64,000 nt of DNA from Hydrolagus affinis (Eukaryota), in assembly GCA_012026655.1 (NCBI GenBank), contig JAAILG010000991.1:1-64000 (forward strand), given 5' to 3'. Every line of letters begins with the position of its first letter. The stretch's first letter is position 1. The position numbers were made by a program, and so were the translations under genes. This document shows, in pieces, positions 39,301-50,131 of the stretch. The notes beneath the pieces were generated by a model. That model ran no database searches. It saw only the letters and a list, made by a program, of their open reading frames with translations, and was not told where the DNA came from.

Positions 39301-39815
39301 CAAATGCCAAAGTTCCTGTCTGAACTGTACAGTGACTATATTGGATTCACCAGGAAACAAACACTTCCAAATGCTTTCGATTGACAAATTTGCAGGATTT
39401 CCCTGAATTCAAATATTGAGAACAGCAAGTAAACCTTTTCCGTCCTCCAATAATCCGACTTTCAAACTGCTACAAGAATTTAAGCTTTGAATTGAACAAA
39501 ATCTAAACGAATTTGTTACGTAAATAGGATTGAGACAATCATTTTACGTCCTTTTAAAAAGATATGTTGCTTCATTGCAAAAATAATAGCAGAAAGCCCC
39601 AGCATCATTATCCATCAACCTGTCAAATGATTAGAAAGCCTTGCGCTGCTCATTTCCCCCTTACCTGCAAGGGCTTTGATCCTGGAACGCTCGAACAATC
39701 TTGCAGAGCTGTTGTCATTATCTAGTTCATCTTCATCAGATAGTTCCCAGCGAGCGTTGATGTGGCTGTATTGCTGTTGGATTTCCACATTATCAAAATC
39801 TGTGGCTGATGTCAT
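184..39815 (-). CDS. SPTB: Beta-spectrin, erythrocytic type (beta-I); spliced CDS of 27 exons, 3'-incomplete at window edge
   Basis: Exons join in frame to 1980 codons: CH1-CH2 then spectrin repeats. N-terminus [32 protein letters not shown] and the segments [35 protein letters not shown] and DNFGYDL match my recollection of SPTB rather than SPTBN1. Confidence 0.9.
548..792 (-). CDS. SPTB: Exon 27 (repeat 15 with AYAG loop)
   Basis: tgcag|GTA ... CG|gtatgt; 245 nt. Confidence 0.95.
1427..1801 (-). CDS. SPTB: Exon 26 (repeats 14-15, ankyrin-binding region)
   Basis: ttcag|TTG ... CAG|gtacgt; 375 nt. Confidence 0.95.
2601..3400. mobile_element. Non-autonomous Tc1/mariner-superfamily (pogo/Tigger-like) element, 800 bp
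   Basis: Terminal inverted repeats tagtagaagcccgtttatccg and cggataaacagccttctactg, each flanked by TA (2599-2600, 3401-3402); no transposase ORF. Confidence 0.8.
3421..3625 (-). CDS. SPTB: Exon 25 ([21 protein letters not shown]..)
   Basis: ttacag|T ... ATT|gtgagt; 205 nt. Confidence 0.95.
3668..3960 (-). mobile_element. SINE, related subfamily (tail and core)
   Basis: (AAT)n, gatatagcacc..gcttcacagaata..gcagccaaat..cccacaaa. Confidence 0.7.
4427..4557 (-). CDS. SPTB: Exon 24 ([19 protein letters not shown])
   Basis: tgcag|GAT ... GG|gtgagt; 131 nt. Confidence 0.95.
5559..5834 (-). CDS. SPTB: Exon 23 ([16 protein letters not shown]..)
   Basis: ccatag|ACT ... AAG|gtacat; 276 nt. Confidence 0.95.
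6126..6215 (-). CDS. SPTB: Exon 22 ([25 protein letters not shown]..)
   Basis: ttacag|CTC ... AAA|gtatgt; 90 nt. Confidence 0.95.
6330..6539 (-). CDS. SPTB: Exon 21 (repeat 11 helices B-C; divergent)
   Basis: ggatag|ATG ... AAT|gtaaga; 210 nt; ends [11 protein letters not shown]. Confidence 0.88.
7255..7518 (-). CDS. SPTB: Exon 20 ([12 protein letters not shown]..)
   Basis: ggcag|GAA ... GAG|gtaacg; 264 nt. Confidence 0.95.
8582..8728 (-). CDS. SPTB: Exon 19 ([26 protein letters not shown])
   Basis: ttgcag|CTT ... AAG|gtgaaa; 147 nt. Confidence 0.95.
8934..9024 (-). CDS. SPTB: Exon 18 (..[16 protein letters not shown])
   Basis: ttctag|A ... GAG|gtttgt; 91 nt. Confidence 0.93.
9131..9333 (-). 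CDS. SPTB: Exon 17 ([13 protein letters not shown]..)
   Basis: tttag|GAA ... AG|gtgagc; 203 nt. Confidence 0.95.
10120..10876 (-). CDS. SPTB: Exon 16 (about repeats 7-8)
   Basis: ttgcag|G ... CAG|gtactc; 757 nt. Confidence 0.95.
12215..12352 (-). CDS. SPTB: Exon 15 ([19 protein letters not shown]..)
   Basis: caatag|A ... AG|gtaaac; 138 nt. Confidence 0.93.
12605..12717 (+). mobile_element. 5'-truncated SINE tail abutting the exon 14 donor
   Basis: tattctgtgaagcgctttgagac..ctatatcaaatgcaagaattactattat. Confidence 0.75.
12722..13592 (-). CDS. SPTB: Exon 14 (large exon, about repeats 3-6)
   Basis: cccag|GT ... AG|gtagat; 871 nt; lies within ORF 12718-13608. Confidence 0.95.
14059..14209 (-). 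CDS. SPTB: Exon 13 ([22 protein letters not shown]..)
   Basis: tttag|GTA ... G|gtacat; 151 nt. Confidence 0.95.
14748..15050 (-). CDS. SPTB: Exon 12 ([23 protein letters not shown]..)
   Basis: cacag|GAT ... AAA|gtacgt; 303 nt. Confidence 0.95.
17606..17764 (-). CDS. SPTB: Exon 11 ([17 protein letters not shown]..)
   Basis: caatag|GGA ... CAG|gtaaag; 159 nt. Confidence 0.95.
18582..18699 (-). CDS. SPTB: Exon 10 ([16 protein letters not shown]..)
   Basis: cacag|G ... AGG|gtagga; 118 nt. Confidence 0.95.
20191..20378 (-). CDS. SPTB: Exon 9 (start of spectrin repeat 1)
   Basis: attcag|GTA ... AA|gtaagt; 188 nt. Confidence 0.95.
20536..20648 (-). CDS. SPTB: Exon 8 ([25 protein letters not shown]..)
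   Basis: ttacag|AT ... AAG|gtttgt; 113 nt. Confidence 0.95.
20850..21055 (+). mobile_element. CR1 LINE 3' remnant (others near 6594-6720 -, 25440-25625 +, 54735-54910 +)
   Basis: ..tttaaagaaaagcttaa..atggacggaatggccttctt resembles a CR1 3' end; an aacataag repeat tail sits at 6594. Confidence 0.5.
21216..21331 (-). CDS. SPTB: Exon 7 (CH2: [23 protein letters not shown])
   Basis: cttcag|G ... G|gtagat; 116 nt. Confidence 0.95.
21814..21894 (-). CDS. SPTB: Exon 6 (CH2: [27 protein letters not shown])
   Basis: cctag|G ... AG|gtagag; 81 nt. Confidence 0.95.
22027..22118 (-). CDS. SPTB: Exon 5 ([25 protein letters not shown])
   Basis: ttcag|ATC ... GG|gtaagt; 92 nt. Confidence 0.95.
23983..24156 (-). 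CDS. SPTB: Exon 4 (CH1: [24 protein letters not shown])
   Basis: cccattaag|CCA ... CAG|gtgggt; 174 nt. Confidence 0.95.
24968..25119 (-). CDS. SPTB: Exon 3 (CH1: [19 protein letters not shown]..)
   Basis: ttcag|AT GAG ... CTG|gtatgt; 152 nt. Confidence 0.95.
26268..26465 (+). repeat. Purine/G-run-rich low-complexity tract
   Basis: Many G3-G9 runs separated by short A-rich spacers. Confidence 0.85.
28363..28648 (-). mobile_element. Full-length SINE, same family
   Basis: Reverse-complement match to 29586-29905 including the GGAGTCCT head. Confidence 0.88.
29586..29905 (+). mobile_element. Full-length tRNA-derived SINE (Deu-like core, L2-like tail)
   Basis: A box TAGCTCAGTGG, B box GGTTCGATTCC, central aattggctgc core, gtgaagcgctttgagac tail ending in (TAT)n; several paralogous copies in the window. 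Confidence 0.88.
30319..30409 (-). CDS. SPTB: Alternative first coding exon ([30 protein letters not shown]), SPTBN1 short-N-terminus-like
   Basis: Ends CAA G|GTACAC in phase 1, compatible with exon 3 (gives ..KQLQ-DEREAVQ). ATGs at 30409 and 30400 (GCCATGG). In-frame stop upstream at 30512-30514. Confidence 0.8.
30640..30760 (-). promoter_or_regulatory. Candidate internal promoter for the alternative first exon
   Basis: Octamer ATTTGCAT 30687-30694, CCAAT (minus) 30699-30703, CRE-like TGATGTCA 30745-30752, (CA)n 30650-30682. Confidence 0.45.
31105..31228 (+). mobile_element. SINE 3' fragment (similar fragments near 26550-26630, 34187-34290, 38400-38545, 48833-49030, 58680-58772, 63480-63625)
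   Basis: Matches the 3' half of the full-length copies. Confidence 0.75.
39665..39815 (-). CDS. SPTB: Exon 2 coding part (full exon 39665-39865), start codon
   Basis: ATG at 39815 in GCCACCACA-ATG context; acceptor tttctcttcttgcag before 39865; donor GCAG|GTAAGG, phase 1. Confidence 0.95.
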
Positions 39816-42800
39816 TGTGGTGGCTTCGGAGATTCTCTCCTCTCATTTACCACGGAACGAGCCCTCTGCAAGAAGAGAAAACACCTTGAGGGTCACAGTG
39901 GTCACTTGATGGAAATATTCAAGGTGTACATCCTGCAACATGACATTCCGTGTGGCTGTGGACAGAAATGATAATTTTACACTGGAGGCTTCCTTCCATC
40001 TGTTGTCAGATAATGCAGCAAGAATGGTGCAAGCAGCAGCGCACATTCACAGCCTATTCTGTCCAGTAGATGGAGGTATTGATTGCAAGAAACGGCTGCA
40101 AAACATTAGCTAGGTGCTGCACTTACTACGATTTGCCTCTCAATAGAGACGTCAGAGGCAAACTGTTATGCGTGTAACAAACCATGAAGAACACTGGCTA
40201 TCAAACACAAAGGAACCACCTCAGGCAAATTAATGAAAGCTCAGTTCAGTTCCCAGTTTGTTTTTTAGCCCAAGTGTCATTTTATAGAAGCACTTTCTTT
40301 CAAAGAATTTATTTTCAGAAAATTCCTTTGGGGATTGAAACTGGCTCAGGATAATTGTTAAGCAGCTGTGAGCTCTACACTGGAGCTCCTGTGGATAGTT
40401 CTGCATTTGTACATCAAATTGAACACACATTCTGACCGCCTGCAACCCCCAAACTGTGCAGCTCACGTGGACTCATAGGCTTTGTGGACTCGATACATGT
40501 GGCCGTACAACTTAATACATAACCTAGTGATGTGCTTTTTAAAACACTGAAAAGAGGAAGACTTTTGACAATCATCATGGAAAACTGCTTACTTTTTTTT
40601 TAAAAAGTGTGAAGTCTTCCATTATAAAACGAACAAAGCCCAGCAGATCAAATGCAAAACCGAAGTTTTTTGTGAGAACATGGTCTCTCTCACTCACATT
40701 CCAAACCATTGTGGCCAGAACTGTTGCAGCCAAATAAACAAAAACAACAACTTTGATTTATATAGCGCCCTCCACGCCGGACAGCGTCTCAGAGCGCTCG
40801 GCAATGGACAAGGATGTGGGGCCCAGTCGGAGAAGTAATAGCAAAAGAAATAGAAAACAACTTAATCCTAAATTGCTTATCAGTAAATTTGTTCCAAGAT
40901 TTGTTCCAAGTCAATCTCAGGTGACTGGCTGTAGGAGCTGCAACAATCAGAGTGATGAATTCTGATTGCCCAGAGTTCCATAGACTAACGTACAAGAATT
41001 TTTCAATGGAATTCGACTAAGCTTACACACTTTCTTTCTGCAGTCTTATTTACTCCTTATGTATTTGTTATTAATGCAACCCATTTGACTTCCATTTGAG
41101 ATGACTTCATTATCACACCACAGACCTTTAATTATCTCTTTCCCTTCTCTTTTGGCAATCTCTTATTGACTCAATTGTTGGTCTGATTAGTGGTTTTAAA
41201 GATTAAATCTCTTCCTAAATCTGAACTGGGACTCATTCGTCTTGGATGCTGATCCTGATCCATCAGAGAAGTTCAACCATTTCATGCAGCTGGGTACATG
41301 GTCTTATGCTTATTGAAGAGCATTTACTAAAGGGGGTGAGAGGTCCGCTTTCTGAACAAATAAGGATAAACGCTGCCAGTACAATAATAATAAATAATCG
41401 ACTATAACCAAGTGCGATTAACAAAACAGGAAAATAATTATCTGATAATAATACAAAGTCATGCTTTATAATTCCATTGTTAAACTTTGCATACCGGTAT
41501 GTAAAAAAAAAGAAACTTGTGTGAATTCAGTTATTATTTAGCAAGGATTATTTTGATGTTTCATGAACCTGAGGTAGACAAAAACATACTATTCCCACCA
41601 TGAACCCAAGTGAAATAAAACAACCTGTTATTTTACGTTGATCAAATTACTAAGGGCACTTTTAATTTATCTGAATACATAGTTTGCGCAGAGCACATAA
41701 TCCACCTGCAATTACACATGGTTAACACTCACTGTATAATTAAATCCAAGGTCATAGCAGTGGAAAGCAGTGTTGAAACTTGCTGCCAGTTCACACTGAA
41801 GAGCACTAACACATAAAAGTGCACTTAAAATAATCCAAGCAGTTCATTAACATTACCTTCTAATGGAAATTATTCTAGTTAAAGCATACTAAGACTTTGG
41901 GGGCAGACCCACAACATTCTACAGTTTAACTCAGGGAACGCTTTGCAATTTCTACCTTATATAGCAGTGGTGAATGAACTTGAGGTGTCCAGCAGGGCTG
42001 CACATATCCTGATATCCATTACTGAACCAAGTAGACGTGGGGAGTGGTGGGGGGCTGCCAGAGTTTGAAATCCCACAGCACAATTTTATTGGTAGCTTTG
42101 AATATGGGCAGGACACTGCGGATTGCATGCTTACATGTCTGACATGACGCACAGACAGATTAACATCTTGGGGGAAATATCCAAAAAATAACTGTTCACT
42201 CACAAAATATCTCTTCTGTAAGAAACAACTGGTGCACTGCCATATTTGCTGATCATGTTAATAACTAAGTTATAAAATATCCGTTCACACTGAAAAGAAT
42301 TTCAAATGAGAGAACGCTCCTGGGGAGAACCTGTTTGTGACTAACGTGTGCAGATCTGTAACGGTTGGTGATGCTGCGTTCTGTGACCGCCATGAACAAC
42401 GGTTTGTAATTTCCAAGAAAGCGCTTTGAGGTGTGGCTCATTGATAACCGTATCATTGGGCTTATTGGCAATGCCCAGTATCTCATCAGGCCAGCTGCAA
42501 AGGCCCTGGTGCAGACCCAACCACATTTCATGCTGCGGTATTTCTTTACCCAGAGCTTCACGACTTGGATCCAGAATTAGGATGAGACCATCGCTGTCAC
42601 ACCAGTTGCTGAATTCCTAGCTCCAGCCTTTAAATATCCCAGATAATGCTCTATCAGCAACAGCTGTTGACCATCCCAAGACCCTGCAGGGAGAGTCAGC
42701 AATGCAAAAGTCATTCACTGGGTCATCTTTAAGGTATGCGGCCATTTATTCATCAGTAATTCATTTCAAGCGTAAAGCTTGTCATGGTACCCACGTTGGT

Positions 42801-43071
42801 TTTGTACGCCACAGAGACAAAACAGCAAGGCCGCCCGACATGTCCGAATTGAAATACAAACTACCACATTGCCAAGTCGTGTCAAGTGGAAGAAAAAATG
42901 TTTCTGCTCACAAAAAGTATTGATGGAATTGTATAATTCAATTGCAGAGCAAAGTCAAATATTAAAACATTTTTCATTGTATGCCTGATCATAAATGGAA
43001 TCTTAGTTATTTCTGTCTGGAGTAAATAGGTTATCTCCTTTAAAGTGGGTTCTGAGACATGTGAAGGCATA

Positions 43072-43215
43072 AACAACAACAACAACAACAACAAATTACA
43101 TTTATAGAGCGCCTTTCACGTCGGGAGGACGTCCCAAGGCGCTGCACAGGGGGAGTATGACCCGAGCTGGGAGGGGAGTGTTTGGGCGGGGGTGAAACAC
43201 GAATGGGAGGTCGAA
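43072..43215 (-). mobile_element. Extremely 5'-truncated L2 tail (copies near 5005-5070, 11588-11650, 16785-16845, 18460-18515, 27888-27952, 40736-40800, 56445-56503)
   Basis: (CAA)n followed by agcgcctttcacgtcgggaggacgtcccaaggcgct. Confidence 0.75.
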
Positions 43216-46027
43216 GAATATAAAGTCATAAACTGAAAACTAAGCTCTTCTTACTGAAGAAATGGTGAATTTTAAAACAGCTGCAAAGGCTAGACTGCAC
43301 AGCTGGAGTTTGTTTCATCAAATTCTTTGCTCAGGAAACACTGGCCTGCTTCACGTCCCCAATCTGCTTCACCCCACCATCTGTGGGTGAACTTTCAGCC
43401 ATTCTGTGCCAGCTTTCTGGGGCTTTGGGACTCCATCCCAGAGTCCTTCCATCTTGCGCTCTCTTCAAAACCCATCTCAAGTCCTATCTTTTCAACCGAG
43501 ATCTTCGGAGATCACAGATCATCATGCCTCACGTTGAAGGATTTCATCTATACAAATGCCAGCATACAAAACACTGTTTACACTATCAATTTGATTGATG
43601 TCAACTCACTTCAGGAGAGAGAGACTTGATTATCCACAATAAAGGCATTGAGATTCAGAACATGCCTTTATGCTCTATAATTAGTTAGTATGTTTTCGTG
43701 TTTTGCACAGCGTCACTGCTATTTTAGTAACTGGGTCACTGTTTTCCCAACACAAATGCTTTGACAGCCTATTCCAGAAACACATAAAATGCTTCTGTCA
43801 TTGTATCAACATAAAAGGAACATTTCTGCCAACGTTTTCCAACTACATCAAGGTGACTGGTAAAGCAAGCAAGAAAACTGGCTAGGTTTTACTGCAGTAC
43901 CTCTTTTGCTGCTGTGCAGTACGGTCAGTAAATCTATCCTTTTTTGAATGCTCTCTCTTTAAGATTAATGTTGGTGCAGAATGGTTTGTACGCATTAGAA
44001 CCATGACAATCCAAAATCATTGTGAACTGAAGTAGCAATGGAATGATGTGCTCTTAACATGCAACAGTGCACTGAATCACCTCCAAATAATCTCATGGGT
44101 GTGTGGGCTGAATAATTTCCTTCAAATAAAGTACCCTCAAATAATTGGGTTAAATTGTAGTTTTGTTTTGACACACAGGAATTGTCTGTGTAAATTTTAA
44201 CAGATTATATTTAAGCCAAAAATCATAGTTGTAAGAAAAACACGATTATTAAAAAATCAATTCACTCTGCAATTTGGATGTATTTGGTGTGGGAGAGGGA
44301 TACTTAAAGTTACATAAGTTTAAAGAACTAATCTTTGGAGGAATGTTTCTTTACCATGTCCTGCCTCATCTCCTGAAATTAAGGTTCCATTTAATAAAGA
44401 GGAACAAGACCTCAGTGACATGTCCTCCTCTTTTCAGCCTTTATTTTACAAGGATTCTGTGTTGGATAAAAAGATACAAAATCCCATTTGGTGAACAATG
44501 ATTTTATCCACCTGTTAGATGGATGGATCAAGTAATCAAATAGATTTTGTTTCTCTCCCACTGGAAGCAATTGGACCATTTCTTTCCTGACCCACTGCAC
44601 AGGTTTCCTTCCCTCCAGAGTTTTCACATTGAAGGATTAACTGGCAGAATGTAAACGAGTACTGAGCCTTGTAAATCAAGATGAGAACATGTGATATGAG
44701 CTCTGAGACATTCTACCACCAGCGTGACAGAAAATCCTTTCAAATGTACAATGAATAAAGCTAAATTGGGCTTGGGCCAACAAAAACAACAACAAAATTA
44801 CATTTGTATAGTGCCTTTCAAGCCAAGCAAGGCAAACAAAAAGCAAATGGTGGGGAAATAATTATCTGGCTGATATTCAAGGACTTTTTCTCAGTTCAGT
44901 CTTGGTTTAAACTATGAATAATATATTTATGTTATCAAGATAGTCCTCTATGTTGCCACATGTACATGTGTAACTGTTTTTGAAAAAAAAAATGCATACG
45001 ACTCCAAAATACAATTCTCCTAGTACAGTATATTGCAGAGAACACTTTAATATTCCATTATGCTATCTGAGCTTCATCAAAACCTTCTCCACAAGGAATT
45101 GAGCTCCATATTCCAAATTCAGTTCACATAGTTGGATAAGATTTTTCCTATCCAGGGAGTTCTACTAGTCTCTACAAATCTCCTAATCTAAAAAGATGCC
45201 CTCAATACATTGAAAGCTTCTTTTTTATTTCACAAGGGTGAGCATGAAAAGAAGCACGTTTGATTTTCCTTTTCAGATGGACAGAGGCTGATGCAGAAAA
45301 ACTTCAACTATTGTGTCTGTTTACAAAGTACAGATATATCCACCAAAAATCGTTCAGAATCCTAAATGTATGAATATATAAGTTTTGAATACACAAGTTT
45401 TGGCATTAAGAGATATCACTAGAATGTGTAAATCCCTATTGTAAAATGTTATGATACATAAAGCTTGGTAGTCCAAAGCAATTCACACTTCAGTTACCAC
45501 ACCGATTTAGGTGTGTCATCTTGCTTAATGCATTTTGAAAATGTTGCTGACCTCCACTGATGAAATAACAGCCTTAAAAATCAATATCTCACTGAAACAT
45601 TTGTCATGCTCTAATGTTATTGAGCCCGACAGTCAAGATAATTGTCTCTTCGTCTCCCCAGCCAAACAAAATATGATAGAGATAAACTAAAATACTTACT
45701 CTACATTGTTCCTTATATAGCTAGAATATATACTGCATATAGTTAAGACAAACAAGTTTCCAAAGGATCTCTGCTACTAAAGTAATGCTTTCCTGAGATC
45801 CACAGAGCAACAATACCAACAACAAAATTGGATTTATAGAGCGCTCTTCACATTGGAAGGAACAGTCAGGGGTCGGGACCAGAGCATGGGGGTGTCAGGG
45901 GGAATGGAGAGAGAGAGAGGTGGAAGGGCGGCAGAAGGCACTATCGAAAAGGAAGATCTTGAGACCGGCCTTGAAGGAGATAAGGGAGGAAGCCCACACT
46001 GTTTAGAATGTTGTCAAATATATAAAT

Positions 46028-46323
46028 ACAATAATCCTGTACTTGATATAGCACTTTTCGCATCTTCTAGATATCTCAAAGCGCTTCACAGAATATACTG
46101 GCAAGTGAATTGACTATAGATATGTGTGCGAAAAGCAGCAGCCAATTGCTCACAGCAGTGTCCCACAAACAGTTGTAGATTGAAATGACCAATTTTTTTT
46201 GAATGATTATTTTATCAGGCGTGTGGAATAAGGAAACTTGCCCAAGGTTTCGCATTGCCTGGAGTCAAACCCAGGTCTCTCACTTGCAAGGCAAGTGCTC
46301 TAACCACTGAGCTACAGGACTCC
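46028..46323 (-). mobile_element. Full-length SINE, same family
   Basis: Head ends at ggactcc (46323); core and tail present. Confidence 0.88.
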
Positions 46324-46529
46324 ACATATTTGTACTGCTAGCTAAAATACAATAAGTAGTTTGTTAACACAATGATATAACTCCACTTGGAAGTGATTCA
46401 CAATTTTTAAAACAAATTCAATATTTCAAGTATTAGAGTTTGGATTTCACTGGTACAATATTGGTTCTGTCTGCACACATTATGCATCTATGCTCCAAAC
46501 TGATATTGTTTCCTTTTTGATACTCTGTT

Positions 46530-47100
46530 CAGGGGGAAGATTGATGTGCTCCTGATTCTAGTTTTTGATACGCAGTTACACAAGAATTAACAATTCCATC
46601 AGAGTGGAAAAGGTGTACCAATGAAGCCCAGCATCCAAATCCCTGTGCCTCCAGAATGTCCTTGTAACGAACACATTTCTTGAGAAAGCTCATATGCTTT
46701 CTCTCAGCAGCAACGTATACTGACTTCACATTGAACTGTTTGAACATCTCAACCACTATTTGTTGCCATGTTCTTGCCTTAGGGCTTCTCCGTCATATTT
46801 CTTTTTGCAACAAGTATCCTCATAACAATGAGCCAGTATTGGTATATTGATGAATCATAAGAAATTATGTTCTAACTACTTTCTAAAAAATTGCTATCCA
46901 AAAATGTATTTTGGCTTCTCAGATATTTCTCTGATATAAACCCTACTCAGGTTTCCCACAACGTCGCTTTTCCTGCAGATATCCTGCCCACTGCTATCAG
47001 CCCAAACACCTTTTCTCGAGTCCTGCTGCTGGATAAAACCATCCTCGTAAATATTAGTTTCTAATGTTTCGCTTTGTTGCAAACATAAAACAAGGAACAA
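46530..47100 (-). mobile_element. Degraded L1/Tx1-clade ORF2 C-terminal remnant
   Basis: Broken frames VGNLSRVYIREISEKPKYIFG and LLQKEI*RRSPKARTWQQIVVEMFKQFNVKSVYVAAERKHMSFLKKC follow the pattern of fish L1 ORF2 ends; stops present. Confidence 0.4.
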
Positions 47101-49934
47101 CCTTTTCTCATTTTCTTCATCTATCCAATATCTCCACTATTTCAAAATCAATGTTCTACATTGATCTTGGTTAAAGTATCTATGACAGCAATCACCACAT
47201 AGTAATACCTTGGCATTCGCATAAATAATTAAATACAATAATGTAATAGAATAATGGAATTGAACCAGCTCCTTACAAGTGCAATGACAGCAATAACCTG
47301 TAACAATGTGTATTTTTCTCCACCACCCCCCATCCCAAACAAAACAGAAAACAAACACCTGGCTCACAAAAAATATATGGCTAAGGAAAGATTTACACAA
47401 AATGAAATGGTCCTGTGTCCAAAAAGTAGCTCAGAATGCAAAGCATTCTTTTAATCAGGAGGTTTATATTATTTTGACATTGCTACACATTTTGCACATA
47501 ATCTTCCCTGATTAGCTGTGAGGTGCAGCTCCCAACAACAACGCAAAATACACAGTCACTACACTCTACGGTATATCCTATGAAACACTTCAAGACGTCT
47601 TTCTGGCATGAAAGGTGCCATATCAAATGGAGGGATTTATTATCATTAACATGGGCACATGCCCAGGTTGTGGGACTCCAAAACAGTTCATTAGAAAAAT
47701 GAAAATACGCCAGGCACCAAGATGTCTATTATCATATTTACAGCTCAGCATAATTAAGCAATTTGTAAGAATTTAATTCAAATAAAGGCCACCTGGGAAA
47801 TAAATCTTGGTGAAATGCAACCTAAATCCAGTTTCAATTTATACAATGTTATTCACATGAAATTAAATGTTGACTCGAGTGACCTGTAATTTTCCAATTG
47901 CTTAAAATAAGCTCTGATATTATGAACATATTGAGTACAGACCACCTACTCAACAAAGCTCTTGCTCTCGACACAACTGAATGTGCAAGATGTTGCATTT
48001 TAAGCATCAGAGCCTCAAAACATACAATATTTCAACAAGCAAAAGGCAGCTTTGATGTTCTACGGTGGCTAAGCCTTGTCAGATACTCACAAAATATACT
48101 CATTTTAAGAGAGAAAAAGGAAGTGTATATTGCCACTAGTTGACCTGATCTTATAAACACCCAGTCTAATAGCTGAAAAATTTAAACTTAAATCTAGAAG
48201 TTAAAACGTAAACAGATTTTTACTCACTATACAAATAAATGAAGGGAGAAAGTTAAAACCCTACATTAAAGCCATCAAATGCACTTAACAGACCCCAATC
48301 CATAAATATCAGCACAATCAAATAAAATGAACTAACACCTCCTTGTTTACATCCTACTTAAAAACTTCCACTTGATTTCAGCATCACACTATGACTAGTT
48401 GCTCAGTACTATTAAAATTGCTCAATTGAAAGTTCCTTAATCAAGCAATGCACTGATCAAGACCTCTTGAGGTACCATTGCAGAGTGGGGTGGGAATCAA
48501 TCTGCTTTGCTGTTTTTACACTGCAGTGATGTAAACTGAAATGCCCTGGTAGCCATTTCCTAAAGGTACTTTCACTTAGGAGTGCTCCAATGTGATCTCT
48601 GAAAGAAGCATTGAAATACTGTAACTCGGAAAGTGCATCAGAAAATTAATTGATTTTAAAAAATCTGCAAGACAGGTCTTCTGTTTTCTCTCTGCAATTA
48701 AAACTTGTAGATTTAAATTAAGGGTTTAACAGCTTGATCAGTGTCAATTTGCTTTCACTTTGAGCAGAATGCACTCAGATAAATGTGAAGTTTGATTGCT
48801 GATGCTGTATGACAGACTCTTGAAGCAAATAATAGTAATAATCCTTAAAATTGATATGCTGTATTGCCTTATTGTGTCACCTAGAGGTCTCAAAGTGCTT
48901 CACAGGATTTTACTCTATAAGTCTAGTGTCTGTGTATTTGTAGATAAACATTGCAGCCAATTTGCACACAGTAATTTCCTACAAACAGCCATTAAGTGAA
49001 TGTCCCAAAGTGCTTCACAGGATATATCATACTGTGCAGTGACTATAAAGTGCCAACGTTTCTGAGACTATCTTTGTTATTCGTTGTACTTTCCAATAAT
49101 ATTACTGTATAAAGCAAGCCATAGCATCTGAATCGGAGCATAGGTAACACAGGTAGCTACTTCTTACTGTGCAAACTAAGAAACACCAAATTGGAATATC
49201 AGTTTTTAGCACCATCACGTCAGCAGTCTTGTGTTGTGAGATGTTGCTAAGCTCTCACCACATCACAGACATTTTCTTGGACCAATTTCTATCATGGATT
49301 AAGGCGTTAGCGTCATCAGATTGCTCCGACACATCTCCCAACATTTCATAAAATTTCATTCATGAGACTCAAATGTTGCAGCTGTTGATCTCAATTAAAT
49401 ATTCACATGACACACAAAACAGATGGGAGTATTTCAACAGCTAGTCTTTTACCAACCTCATCAAAGAAAGGGAAGAAAATAGAGGAAGTATGTCAAAAAA
49501 AAGGCTCTAAATTAGGCATCAGAGTAAATATTTACTCAATGATGGGACATTTATATTCAGTGAGCAATGTGATGGCACAGCCCACAAAATCATATACACG
49601 GTTCAGCAATGAAATGATCTGGTTCAGTTCAAGGAATGTTTTTTTTATGAAGTTTAGCAAACAATTTAGAGTGATCTGAATTGAATTCAAAATTACTACA
49701 AAATGATTCAAAATATCCTCATATGCTATGTTATGTTTTAAAGTCACACAGTGGACCATGCCACATAAAAAATTATATTTGCACATCTTATGTCCCCCAT
49801 TGTGCATTTGATTCTATTGTTTGATGGCATTGAACTGAAACACATAGTGTTTTCTACAGGTAGGTCCAAGATAGAAAATCAACACTTTTGATACCATTAA
49901 GTTTTAGGGAGAGGATGGGTTGATACTTTTGAAG

Positions 49935-50131
49935 TTGGACTTATCCCATGTGGGCATCACTAACACTCTGCCATGTAGGAAAATCCCACATCTTAGAGGC
50001 GTCCTCTAAGGGGGATACCAAGCAGAAACAATATATTTATTGTACTTTTCCTATGGGCGAAAAGAATTGGTGCATGAGCCAAGACATTTTGCTCTCAAGC
50101 ACCTCCTAGTGGCCACATGGGATAAGTTCAA
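49935..50131. mobile_element. Palindromic MITE-like element, about 197 bp
   Basis: About 19-bp inverted ends ttggacttatcccatgtgg and ccacatgggataagttcaa; nested internal stems. Confidence 0.6.

Noticed and set aside
40062-40076. CTCF-like CCAGTAGATGGAG upstream of exon 2
   Set aside because: Single motif with a mismatch at a key C and no other support
46529-46756. Actin-like pseudogene (EMFKQFNVKSVYVA resembles actin MFETFN..YVA)
   Set aside because: Similarity is limited to about 14 residues; the flanks fit an L1-type ORF2 end better
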